Part shown: piece by piece, positions 7,517-17,139 of the stretch
Numbering within the stretch: the first letter of the stretch is position 1
Layout: each line of letters starts with the position of its first letter
Source of the DNA: a virus
Reading direction: 5' to 3' (one strand)
Virus record (IMG/VR): IMGVR_UViG_3300017681_000004
Location: 1-39,406 of that record
Length of the DNA stretch: 39,406 bases
Notes under the pieces: model-generated
What the model was told of the DNA's origin: nothing
Seen by the model: only the letters and a program-made list of their open reading frames with translations
The model's database searches: none
Made by a program: the position numbers and the translations under genes

Positions 7517-8575
7517 TCACAGCTTCAGGTAGGTCGTTACCAGCAAAAACGGATTTGCGATAGAGAACGCTTGACCGCCACCCTTGCCATACACTTCGAC
7601 CGTGGCGTCATGCCCGTGGTTCGGCTGCGACACGGTGAACGAGTGCTGGTGAACCGGGTTTGACGTGCTGCTGGCCTGTGTGGCCGGCGCTGCCTCAGCA
7701 GGGCCTGGGTAGACGAAAAACACGTCTGTCCCGGCGCCAAGCTGCACCTTATACGAGACGACGCCGACTGCGTGCAGGTGCGGGATATTCTGGTTCGCGG
7801 TCGTCCCGTTGACCGTGAAGGCTCCGTTCGGCGCGATGGCGATTCCAGCGTCGTGGTTATGCGCCGGCAACTGGTTTTCGCCGAGCGCGACGGACCAACC
7901 GCCAGCGCGTGAGCCAAGTCGCGTCGCCGAGCCTCCGGAATTCCACGCCTGCGTGCCGTATGACCCGGTCGCCGTGCCGCCCATGCCGTCGAGCGAGGCC
8001 AGCACCCGGCCGCGCGCGTCGGGCAGCGTGATTGCCTTGCCGGCGTCATAGTCCTGTTGCGCCGTCTGCCCACGCCCGCCGACCACGACGAGCGAATCGT
8101 CTTCCGACCAGAGCGACAGGTACAGTGCCAGCGTATCGGCCGACGCGCGCTCAGTCGCTCCCGAAGCCGCGTTACCCATCGTCCGGCCGTTCATGCGGAC
8201 GTACCCGACGCGCGACCCGGTGCCGTAGAACTGCACCACCGCGCCTGTCGGAACTAGGCCGGTGTTGTCGCCCTCACCGCCGTCGACCACAGGCGGATCG
8301 GTCAGCGTGACGCCGTCCGCCTCCCATAGGATCGAGCCGCCGACTGGGGCCGTCAGCAGGCGCAGCTTGAACGAGCCGGCGCCGTACATGGCCGGCAGGA
8401 GGCCGGCGCCGTTGACCGGGATCGGGTTCGGGTGCTCGGTGCCGTTCGTGTAGGCCGGCGACTTGTAGAGCACGGCGGGCGTCGTCGTGCCGGCCTGGTA
8501 GACCATCAGGGCCGCCGTGCGCACGAGTTCGCCGTTCGCGTCGAGGACCGGGTTAAGGCTGAAGGGGGCGAGCAT
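7517..8575 (-). CDS. Tail fibre protein with phage tail-collar domain
   Basis: GAVVQFYGTG...VRMNGRT...LPDARGRVL...LPAHNH...HQH...HGH pattern resembles tail-collar (MdpB-like) fibre tips. Confidence 0.7.
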   Translation of the reverse strand: MLAPFSLNPVLDANGELVRTAALMVYQAGTTTPAVLYKSPAYTNGTEHPNPIPVNGAGLLPAMYGAGSFKLRLLTAPVGGSILWEADGVTLTDPPVVDGGEGDNTGLVPTGAVVQFYGTGSRVGYVRMNGRTMGNAASGATERASADTLALYLSLWSEDDSLVVVGGRGQTAQQDYDAGKAITLPDARGRVLASLDGMGGTATGSYGTQAWNSGGSATRLGSRAGGWSVALGENQLPAHNHDAGIAIAPNGAFTVNGTTANQNIPHLHAVGVVSYKVQLGAGTDVFFVYPGPAEAAPATQASSTSNPVHQHSFTVSQPNHGHDATVEVYGKGGGQAFSIANPFLLVTTYLKL

Positions 8576-10702
8576 CTAGCGGTCCTCGTGTCGTGGCTGA
8601 ACGCGGATCTGCATCGGCGCGGGGTCTCGGCTGGCGCGAATCGCGATGCCCGCCAGCCGGCCGAGCGCGCCGGTCGGGTCGCCGTTGCCGGACAAGCCCC
8701 GGAACGCTGCGACGGCATCGGGCCGCGTGAACAGGTCCGCCAACTGGTCGAGATTACGGCCGAGGCGCCATTCTTCGATCTTGGCGACGATCCGCGCCGG
8801 CAGTTTCACGCCGCCGGACGCAAGGTTCGCGGCGACGCGCTCGATGGGCCCGCCCTGTTTCATGCGAGCCAGTTCCTCGGCGTTGTACGCCGTGCGCGAC
8901 CCGATCGCCTGCCGGCGGCCCATAGCCTCGAACACGTCCAGAAGCCGGTTGAAACCGTCCGCGACCGCGTCGCCGTTCGGCACGCCTGCGCGAATCGCAG
9001 CGTCGTTGTTCGCGGCCATCTGCGGGTTGCCGCGGTAATTCGAGGCGAACTTGGCGCCCTGATTGGCGTTCGGACCGGACATCAGATCCTTGGCGGCCTG
9101 GTTGAAAACGCCCTCGGCGTGTGCGCGGACAAGCTGCTGCGACGCCCACGGGTTTCGCTTCCGGAGCGCCGACATGGTGTCTGCGATCACGCCTTGGCTG
9201 TTCGCCAGCACCTCGCCGCCGCCCGGGAAAATTGCCGCGATGGCCTGCTGCGTCGTGGAATCGCCCGACAGCTTGCCGAGCGGCCCCTGCATCAGCGGCT
9301 CCAAGCGCTCGGCACGCAACTGCGCCTGTGCGGCCCGAGCCTGCTCAAGCGAGCCCTGTACGGCCGGCGCTTGTGGCGTGGCGGCTCGTGACCCGGTCGC
9401 CGTGAACGCTGCCGCATCGACCGAGTTTGTTGCGTCATCCAAATTCATGGCGCGGAGGTTAGATTCGGTTGCGGAGCCAGGTGTTCTCGCCGCTCTTGCC
9501 GCCTCCGACATGCGACGCGAAACGAGATCCTGGACCGCAACGCTGTCATCCGGCAGGTTCGCGATCGTGCGGTTCAGCGACGGGTCGCGCCTGATCTCCG
9601 CGAGCGTCTGCGCGTACAGCGGATCGCTATCGGCAAGCGCCTGTTGCACGGCCGGCGTGACGCTCTCCTGCTCGGCCGCCTGATACAGTGGGCGGGTCTC
9701 TCGATTGATCCCGGCCTGCGTGGCCGCGATCTCCTGCTCTGCCGCGCGCCCAACCTGCGGCCCGACCACATTTGGGTTCGCCGGCACGGGCGCGAGCGTA
9801 TCGAACCCTTGACGCGCCGCTTCCTCTGTCCGCCCAGCCCCTCCCGCGTAGAACCCGCGCATGCCGCCCATGGCCTCGACGTGGCGCTGTAGGCCCGAAA
9901 GGTCGGTGACGCCGTTCGAGGCCGCGTCGATCGCGTTCGCTGTCGACAGCGGGACGTTCCGAGCCCGGGCGTCGTCAAGTAGCGCTTGCGCCCGCGTGAG
10001 GATCTGTTCGCGCTCGCCCTCCGGCAGGGTTCGCAGGGTCGCCGTGGCCGCGCCCTCTGCCCCCGACGCCCGGCCGGCATACGCGGCGCCGAGGCCACCC
10101 GCCAGCGCGCCGCCAAGACGCGCATATGGCTCGGCCGCGCTGCCCTCGGTCAACTGGCCCGCCGCCTCACTGGCGAGCCCCGGAATGACGCCCTGACCTA
10201 TCGTGCGCGCTAGGAGCCCGCCGCCACCGAGCGGGAGCGCCGCGGCCTGCGTCCCGAAGTTAGCCGCCTCGCTGATGAGCTTTCCAGCCCGCGACTGAGG
10301 CTCGTATTGCGTCGGTAGGTTCGCCGCGATGTTCTCGGACCCGGCCGCGCGCGCCCCCGCCGAAACGCTCTGCGCGACCGCGTCAGGGATACCGAACGCA
10401 CCCCGGCTGCGGTTCTCGGCCGCGACCGCGCCGAACTCGCGCCCCTGGCCGATGGACTGCGAATAGTCCAGCCCGGCTTGCCCGAGCCGCAGCGCATCCG
10501 CCGGCAGTCCGGCGACGCCCGCCACGCCCTTGCCGACGCCGTTCAGCAGAGACCGTACGCCGTCCGTCGCGTACTCGCGGAAACCCCACGAGGCGGGTTT
10601 CTCTGGCTTCGTGGCCGGCGCGGGGGTATCATCGTCAAGGAACGGATTGCGCGCAGACGGAGCCGCCGGTTCGTCATCAAGGAACGGGTTGCCGGCCGCC
10701 AT
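8576..10702 (-). CDS. Large internal virion / ejection protein (708 aa)
   Basis: Ala/Gly/Gln-rich 708-aa ORF directly downstream of the transglycosylase-bearing protein. N-terminus carries two NPFLDD motifs. Assignment is positional. Confidence 0.55.
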   Translation of the reverse strand: MAAGNPFLDDEPAAPSARNPFLDDDTPAPATKPEKPASWGFREYATDGVRSLLNGVGKGVAGVAGLPADALRLGQAGLDYSQSIGQGREFGAVAAENRSRGAFGIPDAVAQSVSAGARAAGSENIAANLPTQYEPQSRAGKLISEAANFGTQAAALPLGGGGLLARTIGQGVIPGLASEAAGQLTEGSAAEPYARLGGALAGGLGAAYAGRASGAEGAATATLRTLPEGEREQILTRAQALLDDARARNVPLSTANAIDAASNGVTDLSGLQRHVEAMGGMRGFYAGGAGRTEEAARQGFDTLAPVPANPNVVGPQVGRAAEQEIAATQAGINRETRPLYQAAEQESVTPAVQQALADSDPLYAQTLAEIRRDPSLNRTIANLPDDSVAVQDLVSRRMSEAARAARTPGSATESNLRAMNLDDATNSVDAAAFTATGSRAATPQAPAVQGSLEQARAAQAQLRAERLEPLMQGPLGKLSGDSTTQQAIAAIFPGGGEVLANSQGVIADTMSALRKRNPWASQQLVRAHAEGVFNQAAKDLMSGPNANQGAKFASNYRGNPQMAANNDAAIRAGVPNGDAVADGFNRLLDVFEAMGRRQAIGSRTAYNAEELARMKQGGPIERVAANLASGGVKLPARIVAKIEEWRLGRNLDQLADLFTRPDAVAAFRGLSGNGDPTGALGRLAGIAIRASRDPAPMQIRVQPRHEDR

Positions 10703-10869
10703 GCGTCAAATTCCCTGGATCGCCATGCAAGGCGCTGTTCTATTCGCTGTACTAGCAGGATCGCGCGCTGCCGTCAGCACCGGAGAGCCCGGGTTCGGCA
10801 CGGCTCCCCTGCTGGTCGGCGTGGCGCTCGCGTGGGCCGCAACCGTGCTTGTTTCAGCCGTTGCTGACC

Positions 10870-13077
10870 TCATAGCCCGGCCGAAGAATAGCCCATATCC
10901 TTCAGCTTTTGGATCACCTGCTCTGACGACCTCTTGCCGGACGCAATTGCTTCACGCGCCTGCTGGATCGTCGCGGCTGGCGCGGCCTTAAGCGGGCCGG
11001 ACGCGCTCGCGTCGCGCTGGCCCTTCGGCAGCGGACGCCCCGGCTCATCGCTTCGCTTGATCGCGTCCTCCACGAGCGTCGGGTTCGCCTCGCGGAACTT
11101 GCGGAACATATCAAGCGGGTTCGGGACAGCGCGCAGCGCCTGCGCGTACTCAGCGGCCTTGATCTCGCCGTTTCGGTAGCGAGTCGCGATGTCGCCACGC
11201 TGAATCTCGCCCTGGGCCTGCGCCTGCATCATGTCGAATACGAGTTCGCGGGCTTCCGGCAATTGCAGCAGGCCGGGTAGCGCCTTCGCGTACATCTTCT
11301 GCTCAAAATCCGACGTCGCGCCGGAGCCCGGCGGGCGCATGTTCGGCGTCAACTTGGCGATGATCCCGCTGTACGCCTGGATATCACCGACGCCGTCGAG
11401 TTTCACGCCGAGGGCCTGAGCGTAGGGCGCGAGACCTTCCTTGATCGAAGCTTCGACGCCCTGAACGCCGAGGTTCCGGCTTAACGTGCGCAGGGTCTCA
11501 ATGTCCGGCAGGCGCGCGGCCGCAGCCTGCCCCGCGGTCTGGTAGGTCTCGGAATCCTTGACCCGTGCCGCTGCGAGGCCCGTGCTTTCGGCGCCCTCCG
11601 CGCGCGTGTCGACGTTGACCAGCGCGCCGCCGCCGAGCGCCCGCGACCCGAAGTCTTTCCAGAACGCGGCGTTCTCCGGCGCACTCGGGTCCGGCAGGCC
11701 AAGAGCACGCCAGTTTTGGCGAGCGGCGGCTACCTTTTCCGTGCCGTCCTTTTCGGGCGCCCGGGTCGCGTTCGCCTTGGCGGCGCGCCAAGCCATCGGG
11801 TCGCCCTTGAACCCATTGGCGACGTCCCAAAGGTATTCCTTTTGCTCTGACGTCGTCTGCCGGTTCTCGCGGTCAAGCTGCAACTCGTTCGCGAGGAGTG
11901 CCTTGGCCGCTTCCTTGCCGCCCTCAGGCGCGCCCGGGTGCGACATGGCCCGCACGAGGAACTGAATGCGCTGTGCCGAGCCCGGCTGCATCTGCTGCAT
12001 CTGCGCGGCTGCGGCGGGCTTCAGGCCGGATTGCACGAGAACCTGAGGCGCGGCCTGCGCGACCTGCACGCGCTGTTCGGGCTGCACCGTGTCTGCCTCA
12101 GGCGGCAGGATCATGGGCGCGCCGCCGCTCGAGACGGTCGGGGCAGGGGCGGCAGGCGCCGCGCTCGCCGTGGCGTTCGGTAGGGTCGGCATGAACGAAG
12201 GGTCAGCGCTTGCGACCTGAACGCGACTCGCAGGGGCATCCGGGTTCGTGCCAGACACGCGCGTCGTGGCGCCGCCGAACTTGCTTGTGCGCTCGGCGAG
12301 AACTTGGCCGGCCGTTTTCGGCGAACCGTCGCGATTGAAGAACACCGTGCGGTTCGCAGCCGCCGCGCCAGGCGTCACGTAGGCCGTGGCCGGAGCATCG
12401 GGATTCTGCATCGCGCCGCGGATAAACCGCGGCCCGCCCGCCTCACCGAGGAAGTGCGAAACGTACAGGTTCCCCGGCGTGATCGGCACGCCCGCGCTCG
12501 TCAGCGCCCGCGCGTTGTCAGCCGTGAACTTTTCCATTGCGCGCGTCGACTGCGCCGGGTCCGTGCGCCCGTTCGCCGTCAGCCCGAGTTCGGGATACTT
12601 CGCGCGCAGGCCGTCCCACGTCTGTTTCGTAAACTGGTCGATCCCAGTTGCGGTGCTGTTCGGGTTCTTCGCGTTCGCGTTGCCGCCGGACTCCTTACCG
12701 CGCAGTACGGCGAGATAAGAGCCGGCAGGGCCAGAGGCGTCCGTAAACGACGGGCCGCGCGTCGGGGCGACCGTGGCCGGCGTGCCCGTCACCGCGTCGG
12801 GCTGCTGGCCGCCGTACAGCGCCGCGAGGCCGCCGCCGAATCCTTTCTGGTAGTCCGCCGCCTGCGCCTTCGATTCACCGAGCTTCACCAGCGACAAGCC
12901 GGTCTGAAGGTCGCCCGCGTCGAATGCCGTCTTGGCCGCGCCTGCGTAGTCGCCGGACTGAACTTGCCCGCCGAGCGCCTGCAACAGCGATTGCGTCCGC
13001 TGCTTTTCGAGACCTTCCGCGAGCGACGCGCCGGCCTTCGACAGGGCGGAAAAATCGACTGCAACACCGCCAGACAT
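10870..13077 (-). CDS. Internal virion / ejection protein with soluble lytic transglycosylase (SLT) domain (735 aa)
   Basis: GKESGGNANAKNPNSTATGIDQFTKQTWDGL...YVSHFLG matches the catalytic Glu-Ser and GxxQ motifs of the SLT family. Size and position are as in T7 gp16-type proteins. Confidence 0.75.
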   Translation of the reverse strand: MSGGVAVDFSALSKAGASLAEGLEKQRTQSLLQALGGQVQSGDYAGAAKTAFDAGDLQTGLSLVKLGESKAQAADYQKGFGGGLAALYGGQQPDAVTGTPATVAPTRGPSFTDASGPAGSYLAVLRGKESGGNANAKNPNSTATGIDQFTKQTWDGLRAKYPELGLTANGRTDPAQSTRAMEKFTADNARALTSAGVPITPGNLYVSHFLGEAGGPRFIRGAMQNPDAPATAYVTPGAAAANRTVFFNRDGSPKTAGQVLAERTSKFGGATTRVSGTNPDAPASRVQVASADPSFMPTLPNATASAAPAAPAPTVSSGGAPMILPPEADTVQPEQRVQVAQAAPQVLVQSGLKPAAAAQMQQMQPGSAQRIQFLVRAMSHPGAPEGGKEAAKALLANELQLDRENRQTTSEQKEYLWDVANGFKGDPMAWRAAKANATRAPEKDGTEKVAAARQNWRALGLPDPSAPENAAFWKDFGSRALGGGALVNVDTRAEGAESTGLAAARVKDSETYQTAGQAAAARLPDIETLRTLSRNLGVQGVEASIKEGLAPYAQALGVKLDGVGDIQAYSGIIAKLTPNMRPPGSGATSDFEQKMYAKALPGLLQLPEARELVFDMMQAQAQGEIQRGDIATRYRNGEIKAAEYAQALRAVPNPLDMFRKFREANPTLVEDAIKRSDEPGRPLPKGQRDASASGPLKAAPAATIQQAREAIASGKRSSEQVIQKLKDMGYSSAGL

Positions 13078-13086
13078 GCCGGACCC

Positions 13087-13950
13087 TTACGCGAAAAGCT
13101 TCGTCAGATTCGAGATACCACCACCGCCGGCAAAATTCGCCACCCCGCCGACCAGATTCGAGATCAGGCCGAGACCGTTCGCGCTGGCCTGCTCCTGCGC
13201 CTTCGCGCCCTGCATCAGCGTGTCCGAGATCTTGCCCGCCACGCCGATACCAGCCGTCCCCACGGATCTGCCGGCGTCATAGATCGTGCCCGCAAGCTGC
13301 CCCTCAATCCCGGCCCGGTTCTGCCCGGCAGTGAGCGACGTGTTGGCGAGAGCGTTGCCCGTCGAGGCCGCAAGCCCTGCCTGGCCCGTGAGCGCGCCAG
13401 CCTGGCCGGCAAGGCCCGTCTGATAGCCCGATTGCAGGCCCGAGAGATTGTTGATGTACTGCTGAAACCCTTGGTCCGCGAGCCCCGTAGCGGTGCGCAA
13501 CAGGTCCGTGGTCGCGTTACCGCCGGCAAGGTCGCCGCGAGCCCCGGCCGCGCGCTGGACGGCCCCTAGCGCCTCGTCTCGGGCGTATTCGTAGCCAGGC
13601 GCCGCACGGAAATCCGTCGCCGCCTGCGCCGAGCCTGCCGCACCGTTCGCGCCCGTCGCGTTCAGCAGCTTGCCGTAAGCCGCCGAGCCGCCAGAGACCA
13701 GCGGATTGTAGACCGCGCCAGCCTGTTGCAGCAGCCCGCCCGCCTGCGCCGCGCCGCTCGTCAAATCGCCGCGCGCGATGCCCTCGGCGCCCGTGATCTG
13801 ATTCTTCGCGTCGCCGAAGTAGCTGCCGGCGATGTCCCTGCCCTGATAGATCGCGGTCCCGGCGTCGGTTCCGGCTTGCTGAAGGGCCTGGATGCCCTTC
13901 GAGGTTGCGGCCTTGCTGGCCGAGCCAGTGAGCGCGTCGAACAGCCCCAT
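13087..13950 (-). CDS. Gly/Ala/Gln-rich virion protein (candidate ejection protein), 287 aa
   Basis: Low-complexity ORF in the virion operon. No catalytic motif. Confidence 0.5.
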   Translation of the reverse strand: MGLFDALTGSASKAATSKGIQALQQAGTDAGTAIYQGRDIAGSYFGDAKNQITGAEGIARGDLTSGAAQAGGLLQQAGAVYNPLVSGGSAAYGKLLNATGANGAAGSAQAATDFRAAPGYEYARDEALGAVQRAAGARGDLAGGNATTDLLRTATGLADQGFQQYINNLSGLQSGYQTGLAGQAGALTGQAGLAASTGNALANTSLTAGQNRAGIEGQLAGTIYDAGRSVGTAGIGVAGKISDTLMQGAKAQEQASANGLGLISNLVGGVANFAGGGGISNLTKLFA

Positions 13951-13955
13951 AGGAA

Positions 13956-14090
13956 TTAAGCCTTAAGTGCCGTCACGAGACGGGCGATGTACGCTTGCAA
14001 ATCGACGGAGTAGTTGTACCACGCCACATCCGTTACCGGAACCTGTGCGCCCGGCGGCAACGGCGGCGGGGGGAAATCAGCGGGGATCAT
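13956..14090 (-). CDS. Small Pro-rich protein (44 aa)
   Basis: MIPADFPPPPLPPGAQVPVTDVAWYNYSVDLQAYIARLVTALKA. ATG overlaps the upstream stop (ATGA). The longer listed ORF 13956..14294 overlaps the hub gene out of frame. Confidence 0.4.
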   Translation of the reverse strand: MIPADFPPPPLPPGAQVPVTDVAWYNYSVDLQAYIARLVTALKA

Positions 14091-15514
14091 CGCGCCTTCC
14101 TCCCGCCCAACACAGGCGCCACTGCCCCACGCATCAGAAAATCCACCGGGTCCGAAATCTCGAGCCGCACCGTGAACCCCTGCTCGCGAGCCCGCACGCG
14201 CGGGTTCACGCGCACCGACAGCGCCCGATGGCCCTGCCGCCCGATCTCGCGCAGGAGCGGTTCCGAGAACGTGCCGCCCGCGTCGAGCGACCACGACACG
14301 CCGACGCGAGGGTTCCGGCCCGGCTCAGACGCGGCGAACTCACGGCCCTCGCCGGTCGAGATGTCAAGGTGAAACGTCGGAACCACCGTGTTGATCGGGA
14401 ATTCGGTCATCCGGCCTTCGACGGACCAGACGAGCGGATTCCCCACCTCCTGCCTGCTCTGCGGCGCAAGCGTGAGCAAGGAAGTAGACAGGGTATCCCC
14501 TAGAAGCCAACGATTGAACGCGTTCACCGAAAACTGAGCGCGCCAACGCTTCAGCCCGTAAGATTCTCGCTCGTGCCATCGCTCCGTCGTAACATTGTAT
14601 TCCCATGTCCAGTCCGGCCCCGAGATCGAGAGGATCGAATTGCCCTCGAATGTGTAGACGCACATCCGAATTGCCGAGCGGTCCATCGTGCGCGAGACGG
14701 CAAGCTCGAACGGGCGCCAGGAGACCCGCTGCGGCTGATACCCGGCAAGGCGGCGTAGTGAACCGTCCTGCGCGATCCAGAACAGCGGGCCGTCCCACCC
14801 GGCATCGTTGCCGGCGACGGCCCACTTGCCATACAGCCCCACGTCGACCGGCTCAGTCGCCCGCGCCAAGGGGAACGGCGATGTCCCGACGTCGCGGTAA
14901 AACGACATGCTGTTCGCCTTGAACGCGATATAGACGCCATCCTTGACGACGCCGCGGATGATCGCCCCGCCGCGGCTCTGGTCGATCGTTTTCGAAAGGT
15001 CGTTCAGCACAAGCGAGTTCTGCGGGGTCGCGCCCTCGCCGGTCGCGCGGATCGTCGCGTCTTGGTACGCGAAAATGAAATAGCCGTTCAGTTCAGCAAC
15101 GTCGGTGGGAAAACCAACAGTATCGTCTGGATAGTCCACGACGCTGAACCCGTCCGGCGACACCACAAACGCACCATTTTCCGTCACCGCCACCACGTCG
15201 GGTCGCGGCGCCTTGTTGTTGCGGGCCATCGAGACGGGCTGCTCACCGGGCAGCCCTCGAATGAGCGCGGTCGGCGCTAGGTTTCCGTTCATAAAGAACA
15301 GCCGGTCGCGCGCCGCCACGTAGAGCAAAGGGCCGGCAACAAGGAACCCGCGAGGACCGCCGCGCCCGAGATCCGCGACGGCGGTTAGGCCCGGCACGTT
15401 GTCCCACGCCGGTTCAGTGCCATCTGCAACCGCCATCGCGTTGACGAGGCGGCCTTGACCTTCGCCGGGGCGCTCGCCTGGGGATGAGGATTGGGGGAAC
15501 TGGATCGCGGCCAT
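14087..15514 (-). CDS. Tail hub / packaged-DNA stabilisation-like protein (P22 gp10-like, tentative), 475 aa
   Basis: Start at ATG 15512-15514 (TAATG overlap). Length, beta-rich composition, the N-terminal AIQFPQS motif (P22 gp10 starts PIQQLP) and position are consistent. Similarity judged from memory only. Confidence 0.45.
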   Translation of the reverse strand: MAAIQFPQSSSPGERPGEGQGRLVNAMAVADGTEPAWDNVPGLTAVADLGRGGPRGFLVAGPLLYVAARDRLFFMNGNLAPTALIRGLPGEQPVSMARNNKAPRPDVVAVTENGAFVVSPDGFSVVDYPDDTVGFPTDVAELNGYFIFAYQDATIRATGEGATPQNSLVLNDLSKTIDQSRGGAIIRGVVKDGVYIAFKANSMSFYRDVGTSPFPLARATEPVDVGLYGKWAVAGNDAGWDGPLFWIAQDGSLRRLAGYQPQRVSWRPFELAVSRTMDRSAIRMCVYTFEGNSILSISGPDWTWEYNVTTERWHERESYGLKRWRAQFSVNAFNRWLLGDTLSTSLLTLAPQSRQEVGNPLVWSVEGRMTEFPINTVVPTFHLDISTGEGREFAASEPGRNPRVGVSWSLDAGGTFSEPLLREIGRQGHRALSVRVNPRVRAREQGFTVRLEISDPVDFLMRGAVAPVLGGRKAR

Positions 15515-15720
15515 TAGCGAGGATAGATCGCCTGAACGGTCGCATGGTAATCGGCAGCCGCCATCTCGCGCAGATCCTTTTCCAGCTGCTCCATCCCCGT
15601 CAGCGCGGCCTCTTTCGCACGCAGCCACGATTCCAGCCGCTCAAGCTGATCCGGCGGTACGATCGCGTATTTCAGGAGCGACAAGAGGAGGCGGCAGTCG
15701 GCGGCGTTCACGGGGTCCAT
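15514..15720 (-). CDS. Small helical virion-module protein (68 aa)
   Basis: ORF coupled at both ends. Coiled-coil-like LERLESWLRAKEAALTGMEQLEKDLRE. Confidence 0.5.
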   Translation of the reverse strand: MDPVNAADCRLLLSLLKYAIVPPDQLERLESWLRAKEAALTGMEQLEKDLREMAAADYHATVQAIYPR

Positions 15721-15923
15721 CAGGCAGCCTCAAACATTTCGTAGAGGCCGACAGGCTCGCGGCCCTCAAGCTTGGCGAGGGCGGCTTCTATTGCCTGTAA
15801 AATTCGAGCGTCCTGCCGGTCGACGGCCTCATATCGGTTGCCGATATATTCTCGGTAGGCGTTCTTAAGAACGAAAAAATCTCTCGCCGGCAATTCTACG
15901 GCTGCCGTCTGCGTGTGGTCCAT
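15720..15923 (-). CDS. Small hypothetical protein (67 aa)
   Basis: ORF 15720..15959 trimmed to ATG 15921-15923 to avoid overlap with the upstream gene. Confidence 0.45.
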   Translation of the reverse strand: MDHTQTAAVELPARDFFVLKNAYREYIGNRYEAVDRQDARILQAIEAALAKLEGREPVGLYEMFEAA

Positions 15924-15940
15924 CGGGTCGTCTCCCAGTG

Positions 15941-16294
15941 TCAGAAATACTCCGAACACTGGTCACGATACGTCGGACGCCCCCGCTTGAGCAAGCGCAA
16001 CTCGTTCTCGTACCCAACGACACGGCCCGCAATCTTCGAGACGGTCGCGTCGTCGGCGCCGAAATCGTCGCAGATGGCGTTCGCGAGGCAGTAGGAAATC
16101 GCCGTAAACATGGCATTCGGGATCGGCTCTGCGACCTCGAGCGCTGTTACGTCGCGCTCATAGAGCGAGGCCAGCACCCCGGGGATCGCCGCGCGGGCTA
16201 CGTCCAGATCTTCGGGAGCGCCGGACTGGCCGGCGCCCACTTCGTTGAGGATCGAGAGCGAGCGCCGCGCGAGATCTTCCAGGGTGCGGGACAT
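15941..16294 (-). CDS. Hypothetical virion protein (possible head-tail connector/adaptor), 117 aa
   Basis: Assigned on position between the capsid accessory genes and the hub. No motif recognised. Confidence 0.45.
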   Translation of the reverse strand: MSRTLEDLARRSLSILNEVGAGQSGAPEDLDVARAAIPGVLASLYERDVTALEVAEPIPNAMFTAISYCLANAICDDFGADDATVSKIAGRVVGYENELRLLKRGRPTYRDQCSEYF

Positions 16295-16672
16295 CTATCG
16301 AGCGCCGGGCTTCTTGACCTGCGGGGCGGCCTGGGGTGCCTTCGCGGCTTCCGTGGCGCCCGGCTTGGTCACGGCCTCAGACGCCTTGCGCTCGGCATCT
16401 GCGGCCTCCTCCTCGGCGTCTTCCTCTGCCTGGAGCGCCGCCTTTTCACGGGCGGCCATCTCCTTGGCCTCGGCCGCGGCCTCCTCAGCCGCCTCCTTGT
16501 CGTCGTCGGACATGCCCGACACCGACCAGAACTTCGGGCTGGCCGATGCCGCAGAGATCAGCGCGGCGTCGGCCTCGGCGTCGACCTTCACGGCCTGGTT
16601 GGGCCGGAACGACTTGCCGTGCCAGACGGCGGTTCCGGTGTCTTCGGGGTCGAGGAACTTGATTGAGGGCAT
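16295..16672 (-). CDS. Hypothetical protein with Glu/Ala-rich helical C-terminal half (125 aa)
   Basis: ORF abutting its neighbour (16294/16295). EAAEEAAAEAKEMAAREKAALQAEEDAEEEAADAERK low-complexity helix. Confidence 0.5.
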   Translation of the reverse strand: MPSIKFLDPEDTGTAVWHGKSFRPNQAVKVDAEADAALISAASASPKFWSVSGMSDDDKEAAEEAAAEAKEMAAREKAALQAEEDAEEEAADAERKASEAVTKPGATEAAKAPQAAPQVKKPGAR

Positions 16673-16677
16673 GGCGG

Positions 16678-17073
16678 TCAGTCCTGCTGCGGGTAGAATT
16701 CGATGCAGACGGCGACGCGGCCGGTCGTGCCGCCCGTGCCCGGGTTGAACGTCGCCAGGAGCACCGTGTCCTGCGCATAATACTTGTCGCCAGCCAGCGC
16801 GCCCGACGTTACCGGGCCCTTGTAGCCAGCCGTGCCGATGGCGGTGTTCGCCGCGGCGGCGAGGCCGGCAGGGGTGCCCGCAATGCCGATATCCAGCGTC
16901 GCGCCCGTGCCGTTAAACGCCTCGGTGACGTCCACGATGGCGGCCTTCACGAACGAGCCGCGGGGGACGCAGACGATCTCCTGAGCGCCGGCAGCGTTGC
17001 CGAACACGATGACTTTCTTCGCGCCGTGCCAGACGTTAAGCGGGAACTGACGCGCCTTGTTTTCGAGAGCCAT
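16678..17073 (-). CDS. Putative head decoration / capsid accessory protein (131 aa)
   Basis: Gly/Ala/Thr-rich beta-type protein immediately downstream of the major capsid gene. Functional call is positional. Confidence 0.4.
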   Translation of the reverse strand: MALENKARQFPLNVWHGAKKVIVFGNAAGAQEIVCVPRGSFVKAAIVDVTEAFNGTGATLDIGIAGTPAGLAAAANTAIGTAGYKGPVTSGALAGDKYYAQDTVLLATFNPGTGGTTGRVAVCIEFYPQQD

Positions 17074-17113
17074 GATAGAACCTCAGATCAGAATTTCAGG
17101 GACGAACGAGGCA

Positions 17114-17132
17114 GGGCGGCCGGGGCCGCCCC
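17114..17132 (-). other. GC stem-loop after the capsid gene (possible attenuator or RNA-stability element)
   Basis: Minus-strand GGGCGGC-CCCG-GCCGCCC, 7-bp GC stem with tetraloop in the 66-nt gap after the capsid stop. No T-run follows. Confidence 0.35.
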
Positions 17133-17139
17133 ATCAGGC

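Noticed and set aside
8432-9391. Long plus-strand ORFs antisense to late genes (also 12304-13569, 16663-17913, 26203-27237, 28014-28781, 1985-2725)
   Set aside because: These are typical high-G+C shadow ORFs: Arg/Ala/Gly-rich, with no motifs. They fully overlap minus-strand genes that carry clear family signatures and coupled junctions.
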